From an uncultured Oscillospiraceae bacterium (GTDB taxonomy: Bacteria > Bacillota > Clostridia > Oscillospirales > Ruminococcaceae): a stretch of DNA of 64,000 nucleotides. Below, in pieces: positions 1-7,784 of this stretch (positions within the stretch are counted from its first letter, which is position 1; each line of letters opens with the position of its first letter). A program made the translations under genes and the position numbers. The notes beneath the pieces are model-generated. The model searched no databases and had not been told where the DNA came from. It worked only from the letters and a program-made list of their open reading frames with translations. The stretch is from contig CAYJGZ010000006.1 of assembly GCA_964370045.1 (NCBI GenBank), positions 26,946-90,945 of the forward strand, in the 5' to 3' direction.

Positions 1-269
1 GATGTCAGCGCCTCCACCGTCTTGTTGGAAGGACGAAGAATGTCCACAAGACGCTTGTGTGTGCGTGTTTCAAACTGCTCGCGAGAGTCTTTGTACTTGT
101 GCACCGCACGCAGAATGGTGACAATTTCCTTGTCTGTGGGTAGCGGCACAGGGCCCGAAATGCGAGCGCCGGTGCGGCGTGCTGTCTCCACAATCTTCTC
201 CGCCGCAGCGTCCACAAGCCCTGCGTCGTAGCTTTTGAGCCTTACTCTGATTTTTTCCTTGACTGCCAA
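1..269 (-). CDS. rpsJ: 30S ribosomal protein S10, partial (C-terminus runs off the window start)
   Basis: Reverse-strand translation from TTG at 267-269 reads [77 protein letters not shown]..., a typical S10 sequence. GGAGG at 278-282 lies 8 nt upstream. Absent from the ORF track because the window edge truncates it. Confidence 0.9.
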   Translation of the reverse strand, partial: MAVKEKIRVRLKSYDAGLVDAAAEKIVETARRTGARISGPVPLPTDKEIVTILRAVHKYKDSREQFETRTHKRLVDILRPSNKTVEALT

Positions 270-995
270 AATAATCGCCTCCGTTTTGTTGTTTGACTGT
301 GATGTAGGCGGTATTGTCACACTGAGCGCAAGAGCGTACATTGTTTCTCACACCGTGCCGGGTGTTTCATCCCTTTACATGAGAAAAACCGGTGAACCGC
401 CCTGTCATCTTACGATGCCTTGCAGTTCGCCCGGACACACCCTACGGCAAATTCGTTTTGTGCATATTTCAGCAAAACGGTGGAAATTGGTTCGCCTTAC
501 TATATATAATAAGGTGAACATAGCCTTTGCCCTCAGTATCATTCGCCCGGTTCATGACCCGACATACTCCGCGGAAAAACCGTGGCGCACCATTCGCTCT
601 ATTGAGCCTTGCACGCCCCGCAACCTCCCGCTTCATCGCACATCATGCACCGTACTAACACACGGTGCACTTGCAGTCGCCTAATTACTTTAACAGATAT
701 AGGGCAATAATGCAAGTGTTTTTCAGCCAAAAATCAAATTTTTTTCAGCAAGTTCAAGCAGTGGCACAAGCAGGCACAGCCACACTTTTCCCGCCCCTTC
801 TCTGCGCAAAATACTTGTGCACAATATATCGACACAAATGCCGAAACATGCTACTATTATAGCGTATATTAAAGGCACTGCGCAAGAAACGTGCTTATAT
901 ATACATTATATATAGTATATATAATAGCTCAACAGCTTGTGCTTATCATTCGCAGGTGCAGGCTGTGTCAAAATAACCGACAAAAGGGTGTGTGC

Positions 996-1802
996 ATGGC
1001 ATCATTATTTTTTAAGATATTGGGAGCACGAGGCTCCATGCCCAAGACGGGCGAAAACTTTCTGAAATACGGCGGCAATACCTCCTGCATTTTTTTGCGC
1101 ATGGGTGGGCAGAACATTCTGCTGGATGCAGGCAGTGGCCTTTTGAACTTTGAGCGGGAGCTTTTGCAAGGAGACAACAAGCTTCATCTGCTCTTTTCGC
1201 ACACGCATATGGACCATTTAATGGGGCTTCCGTTTGCGGACATTATGTTTGATGATACGCTTAATATTGACATCTACGGCGAGAGTCGCAGTGGCCTTGA
1301 CATAAAGGAGCAGATAAGCCGCCTCGTCAGCCCTCCGCTTTGGCCCATCTCCTTTGATGATTTTTGCGCAAACGTGCGGTGCTATCCACTCAAAAGTGAG
1401 TTCTTTTTAGGGGATGTTCGTGTGCGCACCATGCACGCAAACCACCCCGGAGGCTGCTGCATAATTCGGCTGGACTGCGAGGACAAAAGCGTTGTGTACG
1501 CCACCGACAACGAGATGGCCGCCGCGCCGAGCGAGGAGTTTATCCGCTTTACCAAGGGGTGCACGCTACTTGTGTGCGACGGGCAGTACTCGAAGGAGGA
1601 GTACCCCCAAAAAAGGGGATTTGGGCACACAGGCAGAAACGTTGCGCTTAAAGCGGCCGCACAAACAGAGTGCGAGCAGTTTATAATTTTCCACCACGAC
1701 CCCTTGAGTACGGATGATATTTTAGACGCTGTACAGCGTAAAATTTCAAATTCTAACCCACAGTGTTTCCTTGCGAAGGAAGGGATGGAAATATCGCTAT
1801 GA
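996..1802 (+). CDS. MBL-fold metallo-hydrolase (possible cyclic-nucleotide phosphodiesterase)
   Basis: ORF 891..1802. HTHMDH (HxHxDH) metal motif plus later H/D ligands. The start is taken at ATG 996 (MASLFFKILGARGS...), which removes an implausible N-terminal extension. The stop overlaps the next gene start (ATGA at 1799-1802). Confidence 0.8.
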   Translation: MASLFFKILGARGSMPKTGENFLKYGGNTSCIFLRMGGQNILLDAGSGLLNFERELLQGDNKLHLLFSHTHMDHLMGLPFADIMFDDTLNIDIYGESRSGLDIKEQISRLVSPPLWPISFDDFCANVRCYPLKSEFFLGDVRVRTMHANHPGGCCIIRLDCEDKSVVYATDNEMAAAPSEEFIRFTKGCTLLVCDGQYSKEEYPQKRGFGHTGRNVALKAAAQTECEQFIIFHHDPLSTDDILDAVQRKISNSNPQCFLAKEGMEISL

Positions 1803-3280
1803 CAAACGACTACACCGAAAAACTACTGGAAATAAGCATTGCGCTGGCGGCGGAAAAGGACCGAGAGCTGCTTTTGGAGCGCATATTGACCGCCGCAATG
1901 GACCTGACGAATTGCGACGGCGGCACGCTGTACATAAAAAACGAGAGCGAGCTTGTTTTCAAGGTGATGATAACAAAGTCGCAAAACGTACTGCAAGGGG
2001 GCACCCACGGCAAAATTGAGCTGCCGCCCGTGCCACTGCAAAGGGGCAACGTGTGCGCATATTCCGTATTGGAAAACAAGCTCATAAACATCCCCGATGT
2101 GTACGACAGCGACCTTTTCGACTTTGCGGGGCCTTTACGCTACGATGCGCTAACAGGCTACAAGACAACGTCCATGATGGTTGTGCCCATGGAGAATAAC
2201 CACGGCGAAATCATCGGTGTGATGCAGCTTATTAACGCACAAAATGAAAATGGCGACATTATAGCCTTTAAGGAATCCTCAAAGGTAATTGTGCAGGCGC
2301 TCGCCTCACAAGCGGCCATCTGCCTTACAAACATGAACTACACAATGCAGGTGGAGGACCTTATGGAGTCCATCGTGCGCACCATATCCACCGCCATTCA
2401 CCTGCGCTCGCCCTACAACGTCACACACACGCACGCCATGGTAATTTACGCAAAGGCGTTTATCGAATGGCTCAACAGCAACAAGGACGAGCCGTGGAAG
2501 TTTTCACAGCTAAACGAGCGGCTGTTTATACTGAGCATCTGGCTGCATGATATAGGCAAGCTTATAACTCCGCTGGAAATAATGAACAAGGCCACAAGGC
2601 TGGACTTTAGGTATGATGAGCTTATGGCAAAGCTCGACTATATCTCGCTCTCGCAGGAGGTAAACTGCCTGCGCAAGGGGGAGGATGCCACCCCATTCAT
2701 GGAGGAGGTGGAGCGTGTAAGGGAGTTTGTGCGCAGGGTAAACACCATGGGCTATTTAGATGATGACACCTATGCGCAGGTGCGCATTTTAGCGGGCAAA
2801 ACGTACACTACGCGCACCGGTGAAACACGACTGTGGTTTTCAAAGGACGAAATTGAGGCGCTTTCCATTCGCAATGGAACGCTTACGGACAAAGAGCGCT
2901 CCATAATGCAGGAGCATGTGGTTATCACCGAAAAAATCCTCAGCAACATGAGCTTTTGGGGCGAATATGCAAAAATCCCAAGGTGGGCCTCCAAGCACCA
3001 CGAGCTACTGGACGGCTCGGGATACCCAAAACAGCTTTCCTCAGAGGGCATAGACAAAGAGGCTCGCTTACTCACCGTTTTGGATATTTTCGACGGGCTT
3101 TCCTCCAGCGACAGACCGTACAAAAAGGCCATACCTTTGGACAAAACACTCGCAATAATGCAGGAAATGGCACAGGAGAACAAGCTGGACAAGTATATTT
3201 TCGAGCTTTTTGTGCAAAGCCGTGCGTGGGAGAAAAAGGACGACATTGAAATTGCACATATCTTAGAGGGTATGTTTTAG
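1799..3280 (+). CDS. GAF domain + HD-GYP domain protein (c-di-GMP phosphodiesterase family)
   Basis: ORF 1763..3280. Start at ATG 1799 (MTNDYTEK), translationally coupled to the upstream gene. HDIGKL and HHELLDGSGYP motifs in the C-terminal half. The N-terminal ~170 aa are GAF-like. Confidence 0.85.
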   Translation: MTNDYTEKLLEISIALAAEKDRELLLERILTAAMDLTNCDGGTLYIKNESELVFKVMITKSQNVLQGGTHGKIELPPVPLQRGNVCAYSVLENKLINIPDVYDSDLFDFAGPLRYDALTGYKTTSMMVVPMENNHGEIIGVMQLINAQNENGDIIAFKESSKVIVQALASQAAICLTNMNYTMQVEDLMESIVRTISTAIHLRSPYNVTHTHAMVIYAKAFIEWLNSNKDEPWKFSQLNERLFILSIWLHDIGKLITPLEIMNKATRLDFRYDELMAKLDYISLSQEVNCLRKGEDATPFMEEVERVREFVRRVNTMGYLDDDTYAQVRILAGKTYTTRTGETRLWFSKDEIEALSIRNGTLTDKERSIMQEHVVITEKILSNMSFWGEYAKIPRWASKHHELLDGSGYPKQLSSEGIDKEARLLTVLDIFDGLSSSDRPYKKAIPLDKTLAIMQEMAQENKLDKYIFELFVQSRAWEKKDDIEIAHILEGMF

Positions 3281-3398
3281 ATAGTGTAGGCACTATCTAA
3301 TCTGTAGGCACACTTTTTCGGCAACTTTTTATGCCGTGCATATTTTGGCACAAGCAGATGCTCCGAAAACCTCGGGAAGGAATGACACACGTTTGTCC

Positions 3399-5231
3399 AT
3401 GCTAAAAAAGAAGATTTTCAAATCCCTGCCGCTTGCGCTTGCAGGCGGCATTGCCATGGTACTGCTAAGCACCTCACAGATATTTTCAGGCCTTGCAAAT
3501 ACCGCCTCGGATGCGCTGTACCAAACGCCCTCCGCCGCAAGCTCTGACATTATAATAGTGGGCATGGACGAGGCCTCGATAGAGGCTTACGGCTCCATGC
3601 CTTGGTCACGTGATGTCATCGCATCTGCGGTGGAATACCTAAACGCAGACCCTCAGCGCCGCCCCGCAGTGATAGGGCTGGATGCACTATTTGTGGGCGA
3701 AAGCTCCTCACCACAGGCGGATGCGTATCTTGCAGAGGTCTGCGGCGAATACGGCAACGTCGTCACCGCCACCTCCGCCACCTTCGGCTCACAGCTCATC
3801 ACCGACGCATCGGGTGGCTTTCACACGGATGAGTATTCTGTCCTGCTTTACGAAGAGCCGTACGAGGCGCTAAGAGAAGCCACTACGCAGGGACAGGTAA
3901 ACGCAATGATTGATGACGACGGCATACTGCGCCACGCCATTTGGCAGATAGAGCTGCCCGACGGCAGGACGATACCCTCCTTTCATCAGGCCATTTACAA
4001 GCTTTACGCAGAGCAAAAGGGCCTTGATACTACGCTTGTGCCCCCGATGGACTCCCTTTACCGCTGGTATCTTCCTTTCCAGTCTGCACCGCTCGGGTTC
4101 GACGATGGCTTTTCGGTAACACAGCTTGTAGACGGCACGCTCGACCCGGATATTTTCGCAGACAAAATCGTGCTTATCGGGCCGTTTGCGCAGGGAATGT
4201 TTGACGAATACACCACCGCCATAGACCATGCCGTGAAAATGTACGGCGTGGAATATCAGGCAAACGCACTTTCCGCACTGCTACGAGGCGAAGTAAAAAC
4301 CGAGGTGTTACCCCTGCCCCAAAATATTTTGCTTTTTCTCATCGCTATATTTTGCTTTTTATGGTTTTATGAGCGCAAAATTCTGCCATCTACTATCATG
4401 TGGCTGGGCATCTCGGTGGGCTGGGTACTATTATGCCTGCTTTTGTGGAATTTAGGCTATGTAGTGCACGTATTTTATGTGCCGGCGGCAGTGACGCTCA
4501 GCTACATTTTCTCCATCGCCGCAAACTACACCCGTGCCGCACTCGAAAAGCGCAATGTTATAAAAACATTTAGTCGATACGTTGCGCCGCAGGTGGTGAC
4601 AGAGCTACTAAACGGCGAGCCCAAGGCGCTGCAACTGGGCGGAAAGCTTGCGGACATAGTGGTGCTTTTTGTGGATATTCGAGGCTTTACCACCATGTCC
4701 GAAAAGCTCGCTCCCGAGACCGTAGTGGAGATTGTAAACAAATATTTAACGCTAACCAGCCGCTGTGTTTTCGATAACAACGGCACACTGGACAAGTATG
4801 TGGGCGACTGCACCATGGCGTTTTGGGGCGCCCCCCTGCCGCAGGAGGACAGCATTTTCAAGGCAGTGAAGGCGGCGATGGACATGGTAAGCGGCGCGCA
4901 GGAGCTGGGCGAGGAGCTTTTGGCGCAGTACGGCCACACCGTGCAGTTTGGGGTGGGCGTGCACTATGGGCCTGCCGTCGTGGGGAATATCGGCTCGCCC
5001 GTGCGCATGGACTACACTGCCATAGGCGACACCGTAAACACCGCCGCACGCCTTGAAAGCAACGCCCCCGCAGGGTGCATATACGTAAGCCGAGATGTTG
5101 CGGATGCCCTGCAAGGGCGTGTGGAGTTTGTTTCGCTTGGCACACAAATAAAGCTAAAGGGCAAAAGCGACAACTTTGAGATTTTCAAGGTGGAGGGCAT
5201 GTGCGTGCCTGCGACAGAGGCCGAAAGGTAA
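3399..5231 (+). CDS. CHASE2 sensor domain + class III adenylate/guanylate cyclase
   Basis: ORF 3336..5231. N-terminal TM, ~300-aa extracytoplasmic region and three TM helices (CHASE2 layout), then cyclase motifs FVDIRGFTTMSE, GDCTMAFWGAP and YTAIGDTVNTAARLES. The start is uncertain: ATG 3399 is chosen, and TTG 3393 or GTG 3336 are possible. Confidence 0.85.
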   Translation: MLKKKIFKSLPLALAGGIAMVLLSTSQIFSGLANTASDALYQTPSAASSDIIIVGMDEASIEAYGSMPWSRDVIASAVEYLNADPQRRPAVIGLDALFVGESSSPQADAYLAEVCGEYGNVVTATSATFGSQLITDASGGFHTDEYSVLLYEEPYEALREATTQGQVNAMIDDDGILRHAIWQIELPDGRTIPSFHQAIYKLYAEQKGLDTTLVPPMDSLYRWYLPFQSAPLGFDDGFSVTQLVDGTLDPDIFADKIVLIGPFAQGMFDEYTTAIDHAVKMYGVEYQANALSALLRGEVKTEVLPLPQNILLFLIAIFCFLWFYERKILPSTIMWLGISVGWVLLCLLLWNLGYVVHVFYVPAAVTLSYIFSIAANYTRAALEKRNVIKTFSRYVAPQVVTELLNGEPKALQLGGKLADIVVLFVDIRGFTTMSEKLAPETVVEIVNKYLTLTSRCVFDNNGTLDKYVGDCTMAFWGAPLPQEDSIFKAVKAAMDMVSGAQELGEELLAQYGHTVQFGVGVHYGPAVVGNIGSPVRMDYTAIGDTVNTAARLESNAPAGCIYVSRDVADALQGRVEFVSLGTQIKLKGKSDNFEIFKVEGMCVPATEAER

Positions 5232-5276
5232 GTTTCATCCTTCGTTTATACTATGTGCAACATAATACAGCACGCA

Positions 5277-5320
5277 ACAAAAGCACTGCTAAGCTTTAAC
5301 GGCTTAAGCAGTGCTTTTTG
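5277..5320. terminator. Bidirectional intrinsic terminator between convergent genes
   Basis: Stem agcactgc(t)taagc / gcttaagcagtgct with a 7-nt loop, A-run before and T-run after. Lies between the cyclase stop (5231) and the EAL-CBS-GGDEF stop (5379). Confidence 0.7.
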
Positions 5321-5378
5321 TTTGTCTGTTGCAACACACCTGCAAGCGGTGCTTGTCATAATTTTTAAGTAAGCACTA

Positions 5379-7259
5379 TTATATTATGCAGTAGTAGCTA
5401 CCCTCCTGCATTTTACTGCTCTTTTTCAGCAGCGCAATATCCCGTGAAAACTCATCCGCACTGCTGTATCTCTTGCCCTTGCTCGTAACACCCGCAACCG
5501 AAAGGCTCGCAAGCGCAAAATTCTCGGTCACGCCGCTTCTGTTTTTTGACACTATGTACCCTTTTTGTATATCCTCGTCCCTATACAGTTTTTTTACCTG
5601 CTCATCAAACTTTCGTATCACTCTCTCGCAAAAAAGCTTGCACTGCTCATGCCCATAATTTGCAATCACAATAAAATCATCGCCGCCTATGTGCCCCACA
5701 AACTCCCCCTTTTCGGCGCATTCCACCAGCAAGTCCGAAAGCAGTATCAGCATCAAGTCGCCGTTGTCAAAGCCGTACGCATCATTGTACGCCTTAAAAT
5801 TATCCAAGTCGTAATAGGTGATTGCGTAGTCGTCGCCTCCGAATATTCGCTGCTCTATTTCTTTTTCAATAATGAGATTGCCCGGCAGCTTTGTAAGCGG
5901 GCTTGCGTGTGTTGCCACATTTACCTCTATTTTTGTGCACAAATCAAGCAGGTCCTTTATGGTGACAACGCCGAAATACTTTTCATCTTTCAGCACCACC
6001 ACGGGATTGTACAGGCTGTCTGTGTCTCTTTGCATCGCAAGGCGGGACACCTTGTCCACCGTCATGTCCGCAGGCACGCTCAAAAAGTTTTCTTTCAGCA
6101 GGCAGGATATATTTTTCTTGGAAAAAAGGCTGTAGCCAAACCTTCCGCTCAGCTTGCCGTTTAGGTCCTGCCTTGTCATGAACCCAACCGCCTTTTCATT
6201 ATCCAAAACGGTAAACTCGGTGATGGCCGGGTTTTCCGAAAGCATAAAGTAAATGTCCTCCGCCTTTGTGTCCATTGTGAAGGTACACCCCTTGCGGCAG
6301 TAGTCCTTTATCACGGGGTATATGGAGGTTTTCGTTTTCTTTATGTAGTTTTTTTTGCTTTGCTTTAGTATAAATTCCTTTTTTTGCGCCTCTATTTCTT
6401 TCAGCTTTTCGCCCGGGTAGGACAAAAAGAAGCCCTGCCCATAGTCCACCCCGAGCGAAATCAGCTCCTCCAGCTCCTCCTCACGCTCTATGCCCTCCGC
6501 TATTATTTTTATGTTTGCGCTCTTGCAAAAGTCGGCGAGTGCACGGCACATCACACGCTTTGTCTCGTCCTCATCTATGTTGCGCACAAGGTGCATATCT
6601 AGCTTTATGAAGCTGGGCTTTACGTCCACTATTACATTAAGCCCCGAAAACCCCGAGCCGACATCATCAATAGCAATGGCAAAGTTTTGCGCCTTGTAGT
6701 GCTCTATTGTCTTAAAAAAAAGCGCCTTGTCCAAAATAGCAACACGCTCTGTTATTTCAAACGCAATCTTATCCTTAGAAATCCCAAGCTTGTCAAGGCT
6801 GTTTTTTGTGAAGCCGTTTTTGAAATCATCGTCGTAAATTATATTTGGGTCAACATTCAAAAACAGCCGCTTGTCCGAGGCCTGCTTCGCAAACTGCTCC
6901 AGCGCTTTTTTGCGGCAAATAGTATCTATTTCCCATGAGCGTCCATTTTTTTCAGCCATCTTAAAAACATCTTCTATGCCGATGTCAAAATTTTCCAAGT
7001 TTATTCGGCTGAGCGCCTCATATGCGTATATTTCGCCGTCCTGCAGCGATACAATCGGCTGATACACAGGATATACGCAGTCGCTTTGTAGCACCCTTGT
7101 AAGTACAGATGCGCTCATATCCTCCGCAGAACTCATCACTCTCATAGCGTTGTCTGCTCCCGCCTGCTTTGTTGCATCCGACACATAAAAGTCGCATACT
7201 TTTTTCTCTTTTCGAGCTACTTCAAGCACGTCCGCCGTGCATGTTCCCACTTGATACAT
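5379..7259 (-). CDS. EAL - tandem CBS - GGDEF-like (GGDDF) signalling protein
   Basis: 626-aa ORF. N-terminal EAL domain (YEALSRI, DDVGSGFSGLN, KLDMHLVRNI, AEGIEREEEL, QGFFLSYP), a central CBS pair, and a C-terminal GGDEF fold with HIGGDDFIVI. GGAGG lies upstream of ATG 7259. Confidence 0.85.
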   Translation of the reverse strand: MYQVGTCTADVLEVARKEKKVCDFYVSDATKQAGADNAMRVMSSAEDMSASVLTRVLQSDCVYPVYQPIVSLQDGEIYAYEALSRINLENFDIGIEDVFKMAEKNGRSWEIDTICRKKALEQFAKQASDKRLFLNVDPNIIYDDDFKNGFTKNSLDKLGISKDKIAFEITERVAILDKALFFKTIEHYKAQNFAIAIDDVGSGFSGLNVIVDVKPSFIKLDMHLVRNIDEDETKRVMCRALADFCKSANIKIIAEGIEREEELEELISLGVDYGQGFFLSYPGEKLKEIEAQKKEFILKQSKKNYIKKTKTSIYPVIKDYCRKGCTFTMDTKAEDIYFMLSENPAITEFTVLDNEKAVGFMTRQDLNGKLSGRFGYSLFSKKNISCLLKENFLSVPADMTVDKVSRLAMQRDTDSLYNPVVVLKDEKYFGVVTIKDLLDLCTKIEVNVATHASPLTKLPGNLIIEKEIEQRIFGGDDYAITYYDLDNFKAYNDAYGFDNGDLMLILLSDLLVECAEKGEFVGHIGGDDFIVIANYGHEQCKLFCERVIRKFDEQVKKLYRDEDIQKGYIVSKNRSGVTENFALASLSVAGVTSKGKRYSSADEFSRDIALLKKSSKMQEGSYYCII

Positions 7260-7544
7260 GTTTCAACCTCCACTTTGTTGTGCAAAGCTTATCACAGCAA
7301 AGTAAAATTCGAGTATGTGCTTTGTGAAATACATGCAAAATTTCGGCTTTTCGACGAAATATCGCACTATATCCAAAGCCAATTTGCTGTATATCACAAA
7401 AAACAAGCACCATGTGAATTAAATACAAGCGAACACGCCTAATAAATATTGCCTATTATTTTTACGCATACAAAAATTGTGAAGTCAACGAATAAAAATT
7501 CACACTTAGCGCATTGCTCAAAGCATAAAATCCATCCTGTGCGC

Positions 7545-7584
7545 AAAAAAGAACCTCAAGGCAGCTTTGCTACCTTGAGGTTCT
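7545..7584 (-). terminator. Intrinsic terminator downstream of tRNA-Tyr
   Basis: Stem gaacctcaagg / ccttgaggttc (7551-7584). On the minus strand it is followed by a T-run (A6 at 7545-7550 on the plus strand). Confidence 0.65.
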
Positions 7585-7585
7585 T

Positions 7586-7670
7586 TGGTGGGAGAAGATG
7601 GATTCGAACCATCGAAGCGAAACGCAACAGATTTACAGTCTGCCCCCTTTGGCCACTCGGGAATTCTCCC
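7586..7670 (-). tRNA. tRNA-Tyr (anticodon GTA)
   Basis: Reverse complement GGGAGAATTCCCGAGTGGCCAAAGGGGGCAGACTGTAAATCTGTTGCGTTTCGCTTCGATGGTTCGAATCCATCTTCTCCCACCA. It forms a cloverleaf with anticodon loop CTGTAAA, a long variable arm, T-loop GGTTCGAATCC and an encoded CCA. Confidence 0.95.
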
Positions 7671-7687
7671 CCTTGCAGTGCTTTATG

Positions 7688-7716
7688 ATTATATCAAATG
7701 CGCACATAAAATGCAA
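7688..7716 (-). promoter_or_regulatory. Sigma-70-type promoter for tRNA-Tyr
   Basis: Minus strand TTGCAT (7716-7711), 17-nt spacer, TATAAT (7693-7688), about 18 nt upstream of the tRNA 5' end. Confidence 0.5.
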
Positions 7717-7784
7717 GCACAAATTTCAAAAAAATTCACATTGTGCCGCAAATCGTGCCACAAAAAGCCTACAAGCGTCATTTA

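Noticed and set aside
235-684. 149-aa ORF in the rpsJ upstream region
   Set aside because: No Shine-Dalgarno and no recognisable similarity. It overlaps the rpsJ start region, and its composition is atypical of the real genes here.
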